Counted from the first letter of the stretch, positions 8,923-18,832 are shown. The stretch is DNA of 64,000 nt from an uncultured Gammaproteobacteria bacterium (GCA_964425075.1 CAYRKM010000001.1:601827-665826); one strand, 5' to 3'. Numbers and translations: made by a program. The notes: generated by a model from the sequence alone, not told the origin.

Positions 8923-10164
8923 ATGAACCCTGAAAAACTTAATATCGCGGGTAACGTTAGGGTAAGATTTGCACCCAGCCCGACAGGAATTCCTCACGTG
9001 GGCAACATTAGAACTGCCCTTTTTGACTTTTTTTTGGCAAAAAACAAAAAAGGGACATTTATATTAAGAATTGAGGATACCGATCAAGCAAGGAAAATTG
9101 AAGGTGCAATTGAGGCTATTAAAGAAAGTCTTTCCTGGCTTGGAGCACAATGGGACGAATTTATAGTACAGTCTGAAAGGCTTGATGAATACAAAAAATA
9201 CGCACAGGAATTAGTGGAGAGTGGACTGGCAAGAGAAGAAGAGGGTGCAGTGCGTTTTATTATCCCAAAAGACTCAAAAGAGATTAAATGGACGGATTTG
9301 ATTGGTAATAAAGAAGTTTCATTTAATCTTGACGACGTTGAAGATTTTATAATTTTAAAAGCAGATGGATTCCCAACATACCATTTGGCAAATGTAGTCG
9401 ATGATCATTTAATGGGAATAACCCACGTCATAAGAGGCGAGGATTGGATTCCTTCTACTCCAAAACATCTATTGTTATATAGAGCATTTGGATGGAATGC
9501 TCCAGAATTCGCGCACGTACCAAATGTTTTAGGAACTGATGGCAAGAAGCTTTCAAAGAGAAAAGGCGCTAAGAGCGTTCTGGATTTCAAAAAAGAGGGA
9601 TATTTACCAGAAGCACTCCTGAATTACCTAATGCTCTTGGGGTGGTCACCAAAAAATGATCAGGAAATCTTGTCAAAGGACGAAATTATAAAAGAATTTT
9701 CACTTGAGAAGGTAAATAGTGCGCCATCAATATTTGATGAAAGAAAATTGCAATGGATGAATGGAGAATATATAAGAAAAACTCAAAATTCAGAACTCAA
9801 ATCTCAACTTCTAGAATTCGACCCGTTACTAAAAGAATTTGACGAGGATTTACTTGAGGCTCTTATAGAGCCAGCAAAAACTAGAATGAAGTTACTGTCT
9901 GAGTTTGTGAATTTAGTTTCACCATTTCTTACAACATCAAGAACACCATCTTCAAAATTAAAATCTGAGCTTGAAAGTAAATTTAATCAAATTAAAGTTT
10001 GGAATAAAGATGAAATTTTGATTGCTCTTAAAGACTTTATTGGCGAAAACAACTTAAGCTTTCAAGACATTTACACAATGATAATTGGGCAAAAACAAGG
10101 ACTCCCACTTGCTGATGTTTTTGAAATCCTTGGAAAAGAAAAAACCCTCTCCCTCTTGAAGTAA
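8923..10164 (+). CDS. gltX: Glutamate--tRNA ligase
   Basis: RFAPSPTG, HVGN, LRIEDTD, PTYHLANVVDDH and KLSKR. Confidence 0.96.
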   Translation: MNPEKLNIAGNVRVRFAPSPTGIPHVGNIRTALFDFFLAKNKKGTFILRIEDTDQARKIEGAIEAIKESLSWLGAQWDEFIVQSERLDEYKKYAQELVESGLAREEEGAVRFIIPKDSKEIKWTDLIGNKEVSFNLDDVEDFIILKADGFPTYHLANVVDDHLMGITHVIRGEDWIPSTPKHLLLYRAFGWNAPEFAHVPNVLGTDGKKLSKRKGAKSVLDFKKEGYLPEALLNYLMLLGWSPKNDQEILSKDEIIKEFSLEKVNSAPSIFDERKLQWMNGEYIRKTQNSELKSQLLEFDPLLKEFDEDLLEALIEPAKTRMKLLSEFVNLVSPFLTTSRTPSSKLKSELESKFNQIKVWNKDEILIALKDFIGENNLSFQDIYTMIIGQKQGLPLADVFEILGKEKTLSLLK

Positions 10165-10190
10165 AACTTCACTTTCTATATCCTTAAAGC

Positions 10191-10769
10191 ATGAAACAAT
10201 TTGCAAATATTCTGACTTTTTTAATTCATCCCGCTGTTCTTTCCCTTCCTGCGGTTTTTCTAATTGTTTTTCACGAAGTTGGTAGTTTTAATGAGGCATT
10301 GCTTTGGATGATAGTTACGTTAATTGCAGTAGGAATAATTGGAGCATATGTTTTATTTGGGGTAAAAAGGGGCTTTTTTAATAATGTCGATGTTTCAAAT
10401 AGGAAGCAAAGAGTTTTGCTTTACCCATTTGTAGCTGGTGTAGTAATTTTTTTTGTAGGATGTGTTTATTTGCTTAAAGGTCCACCTGTGTTAATTTTTG
10501 GTGGATTTTTTTTGGTAATTTCTTTGCTTGTCTTTGATGCTATAAACACAAAAATAAAAGCAAGTGTTCATGTTGCTTCAATTACCTCTTTAAGCATTAT
10601 CCTAATTTCTCTATATGGTGGTTGGTCATATTTGGCATTACTTTTTGTTCCAATAGTTGCATGGGCTAGAGTAGTTGAGAGGAGACATACATTAAAAGAG
10701 ACAATCGCTGGAGGGGTAAGTGGCGCGATTTTAACAATTATTACGCTTATTGTTATACAATATCTTTAG
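10191..10769 (+). CDS. PAP2-like membrane protein
   Basis: Multi-TM; KASVH and WARV..RRHT motifs. Confidence 0.65.
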   Translation: MKQFANILTFLIHPAVLSLPAVFLIVFHEVGSFNEALLWMIVTLIAVGIIGAYVLFGVKRGFFNNVDVSNRKQRVLLYPFVAGVVIFFVGCVYLLKGPPVLIFGGFFLVISLLVFDAINTKIKASVHVASITSLSIILISLYGGWSYLALLFVPIVAWARVVERRHTLKETIAGGVSGAILTIITLIVIQYL

Positions 10770-10775
10770 ACAACT

Positions 10776-11141
10776 ATGTTAAACCCGAAAACATTTTATC
10801 GTTCATTTGGTTATGCCCTAGAAGGATTAAAACTTGCGGTAACACTTGACCAGAATGTTAGGATACATTTAGTTCTTGCTTTGCTCGTAATTCTTCTCTC
10901 AATCTATTTTCAGATATCAAAGTTTGAATTTTTGTTTGTAATTTTTTCAATTTTCTTTGTAATCATTACGGAGCTTGTAAACACAGCAATTGAGGAGATG
11001 ACAAATTTAATAGTTAATGAGCATAGAAGAGAGGCAAAAATTGCAAAGGACGTTGCAGCTGCCTCAGTCCTTCTTGCTGCTATATTTGCTTTAACTGTGG
11101 GAGTTGTTATATTTCTTCCCCGAATTTTAGAATTATTTTGA
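10776..11141 (+). CDS. dgkA: Diacylglycerol/undecaprenol kinase
   Basis: SFGYALEGL, ELVNTAIE and AKDVAAASVL. Confidence 0.9.
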   Translation: MLNPKTFYRSFGYALEGLKLAVTLDQNVRIHLVLALLVILLSIYFQISKFEFLFVIFSIFFVIITELVNTAIEEMTNLIVNEHRREAKIAKDVAAASVLLAAIFALTVGVVIFLPRILELF

Positions 11142-11149
11142 GAGTGAAT

Positions 11150-11233
11150 AACTCGCAACTCATTGCGAGGATGAGAGCGAGAAACAAACTTTTCTTAAAG
11201 AATTTTCTAGCTTTTAAGCCAGAGTAGTTTATT
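11150..11233. repeat. Degenerate two-hairpin miniature element (IS200/IS605-end-like), copy 1
   Basis: Hairpin ctcgcaa/ttgcgag, then GATGA, AAAC..TTTCTTAAAGAAT and a second imperfect hairpin; same layout as 14587-14688. Confidence 0.45.
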
Positions 11234-11506
11234 CTAATTTTTCTCCCGAGTTTCTGAATGCCCGTGGGTAAGTGCCAAAATTTCAGACAATTTTTTTACA
11301 AATTTTTGCGCATGAACCCTGCTCATTCCAATTCTCGCAACAACTTGAATTTGATCAGAGCTTCCAACTTTTTGGCAAACATCAAAAGTTACTCCATCAT
11401 CATTTACATTCATGAAAATTGTATCAGTGTACATGATGGGAGTAGTTTCTGAATTTAATTTTATTTGGAATTTTCTTGCTGGTTTGTCTGCCATATTATT
11501 CACCAC
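11234..11506 (-). CDS. Small hypothetical protein (DUF3467-like)
   Basis: TPIMYTD..VTFD..VVARIGMS..HAQKF pattern. Confidence 0.6.
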   Translation of the reverse strand: MVNNMADKPARKFQIKLNSETTPIMYTDTIFMNVNDDGVTFDVCQKVGSSDQIQVVARIGMSRVHAQKFVKKLSEILALTHGHSETREKN

Positions 11507-11830
11507 CTATCGAATTCGAAGGCCTGGCTCTACTTCTTTCTCTGGAGTTAAGAGAGAAATATTTTCTATGTCGTCTCCAGCGGCAAGTATCATTCCTTGA
11601 CTTTCAAGTCCCATCATCATTCTTGGTTCTAAATTTACAATTGCTACAATTTCCTTTCCGACCATTTCCTCGGGTGTATATGATTTTCCAATACCTGCAA
11701 GAATTTGTCTCTCTTCCTCACCCGCATTAACTGTTAGTCTCAATAGCTTATCAGAACCTTCAATTCTTTCAGCAGTCAAAACTTTTACAATTCTAATATC
11801 GCATTTTGCAAAATCATCAATTGAAATCAT
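11507..11830 (-). CDS. Stand-alone tRNA-binding domain protein (MetG C-terminal/Trbp111/CsaA-like)
   Basis: ISIDDFAKCDIR, SDKLL, QILAGI and VNLEPR..MGLESQGMILAA. Confidence 0.9.
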   Translation of the reverse strand: MISIDDFAKCDIRIVKVLTAERIEGSDKLLRLTVNAGEEERQILAGIGKSYTPEEMVGKEIVAIVNLEPRMMMGLESQGMILAAGDDIENISLLTPEKEVEPGLRIR

Positions 11831-11852
11831 AGGTAGATTATATACTATAAAC

Positions 11853-13283
11853 TTACTCTTTTACATAAACCTCATAATCCCCAAAGGAGGTAAAGTATGA
11901 ATAATATTGCCTTATATAAAAAATAATTTTTTCGTTTCTACCTTTTTGGATAAGCACTATTGGAACTTTTTTCTTTGATAAATTAAGAATCACGTTATAC
12001 TCATATGTTTTTTCATCAAAATCATAAGTTAGATAATTATGTTCAGTTGCTTCAATTCTATTCGAAATGAAATAAAACATAGGAGCGTAAGCATTTATAA
12101 ATAAATAGTCATTTGTTTTTGAGTTACTGTTGGTAATTTCAAGGAAATTTGAAAAGTCGTTATTTGTCTTTTCATTTACAAAAACAAATACTCTTGGATT
12201 ACTATAAAAATAATTATGTTTTATCAAAGGGTCTTCCCATCGATAGTATCCTTTAAATAAAGCAGTTTGAAATCCTAACGCTATCAAACCAGCTAGTCCT
12301 AAAATTATCAAAATTCTCAATGTCGAATATGTATTTAGTCGCAAAAATAGAACGGATGGAATTCCAACAAGCGAAAGAAGAGGGACAAGATGGAGATAAT
12401 CTGTTGTAGGACGAATTCCAAGAATATAAAAAAGGATTACAAATACTGTAAGGTGCAGGAGGTGGTAGCGTTTTCTGATAAAAATAATAATTAAGGCAGA
12501 TAAAGAAATAATAAATGGAGATAGATAAAGTAGGGTTCTTAAAAACGATTTTGTTAAAGTATCATAATAAATAAATGAAGTATTTAGATCCTTTTGAAAA
12601 ATAATTCTTTCAAGAGTAAATTTGTGCATGTCATAAACAAAATAAGCAAAGGAATTAGTTGTGAGTAAATATATGCAAAACAATATCAAGCTCCAGAAAA
12701 AACCATAGAGAAAAGAGAGAATAGAGGAAATTTTATGTGTTTGTTCTACAAATATAAAAAAGATAATTACGGCTCCAATGCCGGCAACTCCAAAATTCTG
12801 CTTGAAAAGAAATAATAAGAATGCCGAAACTCCTGCAAAGAACAAATATCTTTCAAGTTTTGTTTCAAAAAATTTAAGAAGAAGATAGCAAAGCGCAATA
12901 CCTAATGGAATACAAAACATAACCGGCCACGAAAAGTTAATATGAGTAGGTCCCCAAGCAACATAAACTAAAACAGATAGTATGGCATAGAGTTTATTTT
13001 TTGTTGAAAGAAAAACTGTTTTATAAATAAGAAAGGAAGATAGAAGAGAAACTCCAATCATTAAAATCCTAGTTGATAGAATACTTGGAGAAAAAAGGAA
13101 AAAAGAAAGCGAGGTTATAAAAATACTTCCTGGTGTATAAACGAAGTGAAAGTCTTTGTATGGAATTTCTCCATGTAAAAATCTAAGTGCGGATTGGAGG
13201 ATGTAGCCCTCATCATGCATCACAACGCCACGGGTATGAAAGAAAATAAGAATAAGAAGAATTAAAAAAATAAGAACCCTCAT
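11853..13283 (-). CDS. Polytopic membrane glycosyltransferase (GT-C/ArnT-like)
   Basis: HDEG, GEIPYKDF..YTPG and FKQNFG; many TM helices. Confidence 0.7.
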   Translation of the reverse strand: MRVLIFLILLILIFFHTRGVVMHDEGYILQSALRFLHGEIPYKDFHFVYTPGSIFITSLSFFLFSPSILSTRILMIGVSLLSSFLIYKTVFLSTKNKLYAILSVLVYVAWGPTHINFSWPVMFCIPLGIALCYLLLKFFETKLERYLFFAGVSAFLLFLFKQNFGVAGIGAVIIFFIFVEQTHKISSILSFLYGFFWSLILFCIYLLTTNSFAYFVYDMHKFTLERIIFQKDLNTSFIYYDTLTKSFLRTLLYLSPFIISLSALIIIFIRKRYHLLHLTVFVILFYILGIRPTTDYLHLVPLLSLVGIPSVLFLRLNTYSTLRILIILGLAGLIALGFQTALFKGYYRWEDPLIKHNYFYSNPRVFVFVNEKTNNDFSNFLEITNSNSKTNDYLFINAYAPMFYFISNRIEATEHNYLTYDFDEKTYEYNVILNLSKKKVPIVLIQKGRNEKIIFYIRQYYSYFTSFGDYEVYVKE

Positions 13284-13360
13284 GTATTAAGGGCAGTAGA
13301 GAATTTTTATTATACTATATGTGGAGCAAAGTTTTCTTCAGCTTTTTCGTGGGAGATTAT

Positions 13361-14539
13361 CTATTTTGCGTTATTTCTTTCGTTGTGAATAAAAGTAAGA
13401 TAGGGTCTTCCTACAAAAAATATAGCAGCAGTTACAATCCCTGACAAAACAAATGGGAGGCTTAAGTTAATAGAACCTAGTGCTCCACCAAGTAAAGGTC
13501 CAAAAATCATACCCATAGATCCAATGCTTTGTGTAACCCCTAAGACTATGCCTTGTTCTTCCTGCTTTGATTCAAGTGAAATGAGGGCTTGAGTGTTAAT
13601 CATAATAAGACTAACTGCAAAGGGAGTGGTCGCCCCAACAATTATCATTAGCCATTGGAATGGAGAAAGACCCATTATAAGAATTGAAATGCAGAATGTA
13701 AAAAGTCCAATTTTTATCAAATCAATTTCACTAAACTTTTTAAGTAGGAGTCTAACTAAAAACATTTGGGTGATAAAGGAGCTCATCCCGATAAGCCCAA
13801 AAAACATACCGTTTTGAGCTTGGGTCCAACCAAATTTTTGACTTCCAAGAAGCGAAAATACTCCGACAATAAGTGACAGCGAGAAATTAACGAAAAAGAA
13901 AAGTAAAAGAAGAAAGCCTATGTTCTTTGGTCTCATTACTTCCCTTGTAACCTTCCAGTTGAAAAGTTGGATTTTTATATTTTTTTGCAATGCTTTGTTA
14001 GATTCAGGAAGAATGAAGAAGATAAGTATTGCGTTAATAAGAGATAGTGCAGCCGGAATTGCAAATGCTGCAGAAATAGAAAACATCTCAGAAACAATTC
14101 CACCAAGCAATGGGCCCACAACAAACCCCAAACCAAAAACTGCCCCCATTGTTCCAAGGGTTCTAGTGCGTTCATGCGCGGTTGAGGAATCTGCAATATA
14201 AGCTTGCGCAACAGAGATATTGGCGCTTCCTATTCCAGCAAGCATACGAGCAACAAAAAGTACCCATATCTGCGGAAATAGAAAAATCAGAAAATAAGAA
14301 ATTGAATTTAAAATTGAACTAAGTATCAAAACTGGTCTACGACCATATTTATCTGAAAATCTTCCCAAAATTGGCGCAAAGATGAATTGAAATAAGGAAA
14401 AGGAAGCAATAATTGTCCCAACCAGGAATGTGTTTCCTCCAGATTCGGTTACCAAAGTTGGGAGAATTGGAATCACAATCCCAAACCCAATCATGTCTAT
14501 AAAAACTACAAGCAGAAGTGTTAAGATTTTTTTACTCAT
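13361..14539 (-). CDS. MFS efflux transporter (DHA1/TetA-like)
   Basis: GRFSDKYGRRP motif A, GFVVGPLLGG antiporter motif and LPES. Confidence 0.9.
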   Translation of the reverse strand: MSKKILTLLLVVFIDMIGFGIVIPILPTLVTESGGNTFLVGTIIASFSLFQFIFAPILGRFSDKYGRRPVLILSSILNSISYFLIFLFPQIWVLFVARMLAGIGSANISVAQAYIADSSTAHERTRTLGTMGAVFGLGFVVGPLLGGIVSEMFSISAAFAIPAALSLINAILIFFILPESNKALQKNIKIQLFNWKVTREVMRPKNIGFLLLLFFFVNFSLSLIVGVFSLLGSQKFGWTQAQNGMFFGLIGMSSFITQMFLVRLLLKKFSEIDLIKIGLFTFCISILIMGLSPFQWLMIIVGATTPFAVSLIMINTQALISLESKQEEQGIVLGVTQSIGSMGMIFGPLLGGALGSINLSLPFVLSGIVTAAIFFVGRPYLTFIHNERNNAK

Positions 14540-14586
14540 GACTATTAATTGTAGCATGAATTTTTATGACTATGACTATTATTTGC

Positions 14587-14688
14587 TCTTCAAGAAAACC
14601 CCGTCTTTAATAAAGACGGGGATGAATTGAAGAAAGAAAACATCTTTCCTTAGGGAATACCCCAAGTTTTAACTTGGGGAAGATGTTA
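14587..14688. repeat. Two-hairpin miniature element (IS200/IS605-end-like), copy 2
   Basis: ccccgtcttt/aaagacgggg hairpin inside tcttcaa/ttgaaga; ccccaagtt/aacttgggg hairpin inside aacatctt/aagatgtt. Confidence 0.6.
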
Positions 14689-14744
14689 TTTTTATCTTTT
14701 AAGATTAGGGATATAATGTGTTCATTGAATAAGAGCTTGTAAAA

Positions 14745-16550
14745 ATGAAATCATTAAAAGCAGTAGCACAACTAGAACGCTTGGTATGGGCAGATGTATT
14801 AAGAGTAGTAGCAATTTATTTGGTACTTGTAGTTCATGCTTCCACAATGCCCTCATCAGCCTTTCCATTAAGTAATTCTTGGCCATACATAATTTCCTTT
14901 TCAATTGCAAAAATATGCGTGCCACTTTTTGTGATGTTAAGTGGCGCACTTCTTTTGGAAAAAAAGGAAACTTATAAAATGTTTTTCAAAAAAAGAATTT
15001 TAAAAGTGCTAACCCCTTGGATTGTTTGGACAGCGATTTATATGGGAATTAATTACTACACTAGAGATTTTCAACCACAAACTTTTTCTGAATGGAAATA
15101 TTATTTTACGCTGACTTTCTTTACTGAATTGTGGTTCCTACCTCTTATTTTTTCCATTTATTTATTAACTCCTATTATAAGACTTACCATTCCGTTATTA
15201 AAAAAAACTGACAAGATTTACATCATAATTTTGTGGTTTGTGTGGGTGTCGATTTTACCTTTCTTCAATTCAAGTCCCGCTTTTCCAAAACCATTCAACT
15301 CAGGACTTCTTTCATTGGCCGTATATTTTTCCGGGTACTTTCTTTTGGGCCATTTTTTAACAAAAATTAAGTATCCCAAGAATACTTTATGGTTCTCAAG
15401 TGTACTAATTATATTAGGCATACTAATTAATTTTGTTTCACTCTTTTTAGTTAATGAAAACGAATTAGTTCAATACCAAAGTTCTATTTTTGACTATATA
15501 GCACCTGATGAGTGGGGTTCAAACTCAATTGTTATTTCAAAATATGGAGCCAGAATAACCGTCGCATCAACTGAACAAAGCATAAGAGGATTAAGACACG
15601 GTGAGTATCGCCCAGACTTAGTCATATGTGATGATGTGGAAGATTTGAATAGTGTTAAAACACGAGAAGGTAGAGATAAAACATTTCAATGGTTAGTAGG
15701 AGAAGTTTTGCCAATTGGAGATCAGGGGACAAAGATTGTCATTGTAGGAAACCTACTACATGAAGATAGTCTCTTAATGAGATTGAAACAAGGAATCGAA
15801 AACCAAAAGTTAAATGGTAAGTTTTTTGCTTATCCACTCTTAGGCAAGGATAATGAAATTGCATGGAAGGATAAATTTCCTTCTCAAATCGATGTTGAGA
15901 AATTGCGCTCAAGTATAGGAACTGATTCAGCATGGTATAGAGAGTACCTTCTTCGAATCATCTCTGATGCAGAACGACTAGTCCATCCTGAGTGGATTGC
16001 CTATTACGATAAATCGCCTTCTGAAAGAGCTAATGGATTTAGATTTATTGCAACAGGTGTTGATCTTGCTATATCGCAAAAGGACTCAGCCGATTTCACA
16101 GCAATGGTGTCTGCAAAAATATTCGGACAGAAAGATGATCTAAGAGTTTATATCTTACCTTTCCCAATTAACAAAAGACTTAGTTTTCCAGAAACTTTTG
16201 AACAAGCAAAGAATCTTTCTGAAAATTTAGGAAATGGTCTTTACACAATGCTCTATATTGAAGATGTTGGGTATCAACAATCTTTAATCCAACACTTACA
16301 GGGGAATAATATTCCTGCAGTTGGAGTAAAGGTGTCAGGACAAGACAAAAGAGCAAGGCTTGCTTTAATAACCCATCTTATAAAACAAGGTAAAATACTT
16401 TTCCCGAAAAAAGGAGCAGAAGAATTAATACAACAGCTTACAGGTTTTAGCATTGAGAAGCATGACGATTTGGCAGATGCATTTTCCCTTCTAATTCTCA
16501 AGATTCAGGAGATGGATAATAAGCCTACATTCGATTACAGTTTTATCTAG
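14745..16550 (+). CDS. Chimeric ORF: acyltransferase-3 N-terminus (aa 1-254) fused in frame to a terminase large subunit C-terminus
   Basis: ADVLRVVAI..VVH, CVPLFVMLSG and LWFL up to FDYIAP, then DEWGSNSIVISKYG.. matching the TerL at 29787; junction at 15506/15507. Confidence 0.85.
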   Translation: MKSLKAVAQLERLVWADVLRVVAIYLVLVVHASTMPSSAFPLSNSWPYIISFSIAKICVPLFVMLSGALLLEKKETYKMFFKKRILKVLTPWIVWTAIYMGINYYTRDFQPQTFSEWKYYFTLTFFTELWFLPLIFSIYLLTPIIRLTIPLLKKTDKIYIIILWFVWVSILPFFNSSPAFPKPFNSGLLSLAVYFSGYFLLGHFLTKIKYPKNTLWFSSVLIILGILINFVSLFLVNENELVQYQSSIFDYIAPDEWGSNSIVISKYGARITVASTEQSIRGLRHGEYRPDLVICDDVEDLNSVKTREGRDKTFQWLVGEVLPIGDQGTKIVIVGNLLHEDSLLMRLKQGIENQKLNGKFFAYPLLGKDNEIAWKDKFPSQIDVEKLRSSIGTDSAWYREYLLRIISDAERLVHPEWIAYYDKSPSERANGFRFIATGVDLAISQKDSADFTAMVSAKIFGQKDDLRVYILPFPINKRLSFPETFEQAKNLSENLGNGLYTMLYIEDVGYQQSLIQHLQGNNIPAVGVKVSGQDKRARLALITHLIKQGKILFPKKGAEELIQQLTGFSIEKHDDLADAFSLLILKIQEMDNKPTFDYSFI

Positions 16551-16551
16551 G

Positions 16552-16767
16552 CTAAAACAAATCAGACATATTAACCCTCAAAGCTTTAGCCAGCTTTGTC
16601 ATCACCTTAAGCGATGGTGATTTTCTTCCTTGCTCGATGTGACCCATGTGAGTCCTGCTGATATGAATTTTCTCGGCCAACTCTTCTTGAGATAAGCCCA
16701 TATTTTTTCTGAGCTTCTGAATCCTTTTACCCAGCCTTTCTTTTGTTTGTTTTTGACCTAAAATCAT
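16552..16767 (-). CDS. XRE-family HTH regulator
   Basis: RIQKLRKNMGLSQEELAEKIHISRTHMGHIEQG..SPSL. Confidence 0.9.
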   Translation of the reverse strand: MILGQKQTKERLGKRIQKLRKNMGLSQEELAEKIHISRTHMGHIEQGRKSPSLKVMTKLAKALRVNMSDLF

Positions 16768-16885
16768 AAGTTAATTTTGATAGCTATAAGCAATCAACTC
16801 TACTAGCTTAAAGCGAGCAATTAGCTTCAAATACTGCTTGCTTTTATGTTCACTTTCGCTTATCATTCAAATTAGAGGAATAAAT

Positions 16886-17386
16886 ATGGCATTATCTGAA
16901 GAACAGAAAATCAAAATTAAAGAAGAAGAGAAAAAGAAGCTTGAGGAAGAGAAATATAGAGAGAATGTAAAGAAAAATCTTAAAAAGGGACCTTGGTGGA
17001 AACCTAGGGGAGTATTAGCGTGGGTCGCAGTAGTCTTTATAATTGGATGGATTATTTATGCTGTATCTACCAACTCTTCTACAAGTACACCTCCTAAAGA
17101 TACAACTAATCTAGATGGAAATGTTTCCTATAATGATTTGCAATTCAAGGTAAGTAATACCGAACAAAAAGATTGGGAATATTGCCACTTTACTCTAAAT
17201 AATGATTATCATTATCCGGGAAGCTCTTTTAGCGATAAAGCTGGGCCAATTAAGGCTGGTGAAACTGTGTTTATTAATGCGTCAAATTTTGCAAAAAGCG
17301 ATGGTACGAGATTTAATCCCTATTCGGTAAAGCCACAGGCTATAAATGTAGATTGCAACGGAAGATTCGGCTACTGGAAATGGTAA
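16886..17386 (+). CDS. Single-pass membrane protein of unknown function
   Basis: ATG at 16886 with upstream GAGGA; charged N-terminus, one TM helix, beta-rich exported domain. Confidence 0.75.
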   Translation: MALSEEQKIKIKEEEKKKLEEEKYRENVKKNLKKGPWWKPRGVLAWVAVVFIIGWIIYAVSTNSSTSTPPKDTTNLDGNVSYNDLQFKVSNTEQKDWEYCHFTLNNDYHYPGSSFSDKAGPIKAGETVFINASNFAKSDGTRFNPYSVKPQAINVDCNGRFGYWKW

Positions 17387-17417
17387 ACCTCAAGCTATCC
17401 TTATAAGATTCTCCTAC

Positions 17418-17446
17418 TAGACTTCACAAAACACCTGCGGTACCTT
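17418..17446 (+). promoter_or_regulatory. Conserved recombinase promoter (TAGACT-N17-TACCTT)
   Basis: ctRgacttca..tgcggtaccttgt..cctga.atg is conserved with 47335-47376. Confidence 0.6.
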
Positions 17447-17456
17447 GTGTCCTGAG

Positions 17457-18797
17457 ATGGATAACAGTAACGTATTAGCAAGAGCACCTATAGTTTCATT
17501 ACCTACAACTGAATACTGTCTTTATGCCAGAAAATCGACAGAAGATGACGAAAGACAAGCTATGTCAATCGATTCTCAAATTAAGGAGATGAATGATATG
17601 GCTATACGAGACGGTCTGTTTATCAAAGAAATCCGCCAAGAGAAACATTCGGCTAAAATGTCTGGACAAAGGCCAGTATTTGCAAAATTAATTGAAGATA
17701 TTCGAATTGGAATGTTTACAGGCATTTTGACATGGGCGCCAGATAGATTAAGTAGAAACGCAGGCGACTTAGGGATGTTGGTAGATCTTATGGATCAGGG
17801 AAGCTTACATCACATAAAAACCTTTTCTCAAAGTTTTTCTAATAATCCGAATGAGAAATTTTTACTTATGATCCTATGTTCTCAGGCGAAATTAGAAAAT
17901 GATCAAAAAGGAATAAATGTTAAAAGAGGAATTCGTGCAAAATGTTCAATGGGCTGGCGTCCAGGGATGCCGCCCATCGGTTATTACAATAGAGCTTTTA
18001 ATGGAGTGAAAGATATAATTGTAGATCCTGATAGAGGCCCAATAATCAGAGAAATGTTTGATCGAGTAGCAAAAAATGGAGATAGTGGTAAGACTTTAAA
18101 GAAGTGGCTAGACACTTGCTTAACCACTAGAGCTGGAAAGAAAGTGACACTAAGCCAGATTTATATGATGCTTAAAAATCCTTTTTACTACGGGGAATTT
18201 GAATATCCTATAAACAGCGGCAATAGATATAAAGGAGCTCATCCACCTTTAATATCTAAGGAAATATTTGATGAGGTACAAAATCAACTAACTGCACCCA
18301 AGAGAGGCTGGGGATTTAAAACATTTGCCTTTAAAGATTTATTTAAATGTGGGAATTGTGGGTCAAGTGTAATTGGAGAAGAAAGGTGGAGAAAGAGAAA
18401 AGCAAGACCCCCAGTTCATCACGTCTATTATCATTGTACGCGGCAGAAAAATTGGGATTGTAAAGAACCGTATCTAACGGAGGAAAAATTAATAAAAGAA
18501 TTACTACGATATATCAATTTTAACGTTATTGCCCATCCACAAACTATAAATATTACTCCGGAGCTAAAAAGATATATGAATGAATACGAAAAAGCTAGAG
18601 AAATAACCCTCCTCCAGCAAGATATTGATCCAGACCACATCCAGTTTGGAATCTATGAATATTCTCAATATGCACTTAAGAACGGCTCAATTGAGGAGAA
18701 AAGAGAAGTAATAACTTCAATAAAAACACAGCTGTATATTCACAATCAGTTTATTAGTTCATTATCTAAAGTAAATGATGCACTAGTATCTAGTTGA
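17457..18797 (+). CDS. Large serine recombinase (resolvase, recombinase and Zn-ribbon domains), copy A
   Basis: YARKS catalytic Ser, DRLSRN, LKNPFYYG, HPPLIS and CGNCG..YYHC..C. Confidence 0.93.
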   Translation: MDNSNVLARAPIVSLPTTEYCLYARKSTEDDERQAMSIDSQIKEMNDMAIRDGLFIKEIRQEKHSAKMSGQRPVFAKLIEDIRIGMFTGILTWAPDRLSRNAGDLGMLVDLMDQGSLHHIKTFSQSFSNNPNEKFLLMILCSQAKLENDQKGINVKRGIRAKCSMGWRPGMPPIGYYNRAFNGVKDIIVDPDRGPIIREMFDRVAKNGDSGKTLKKWLDTCLTTRAGKKVTLSQIYMMLKNPFYYGEFEYPINSGNRYKGAHPPLISKEIFDEVQNQLTAPKRGWGFKTFAFKDLFKCGNCGSSVIGEERWRKRKARPPVHHVYYHCTRQKNWDCKEPYLTEEKLIKELLRYINFNVIAHPQTINITPELKRYMNEYEKAREITLLQQDIDPDHIQFGIYEYSQYALKNGSIEEKREVITSIKTQLYIHNQFISSLSKVNDALVSS

Positions 18798-18832
18798 TTT
18801 TGTTAGTGGATATCATGTTATGATAGTTACAT

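Noticed and set aside
13361-14539. Tetracycline resistance gene tetA
   Set aside because: Only family-level DHA1 motifs are seen; no tetR; substrate cannot be inferred
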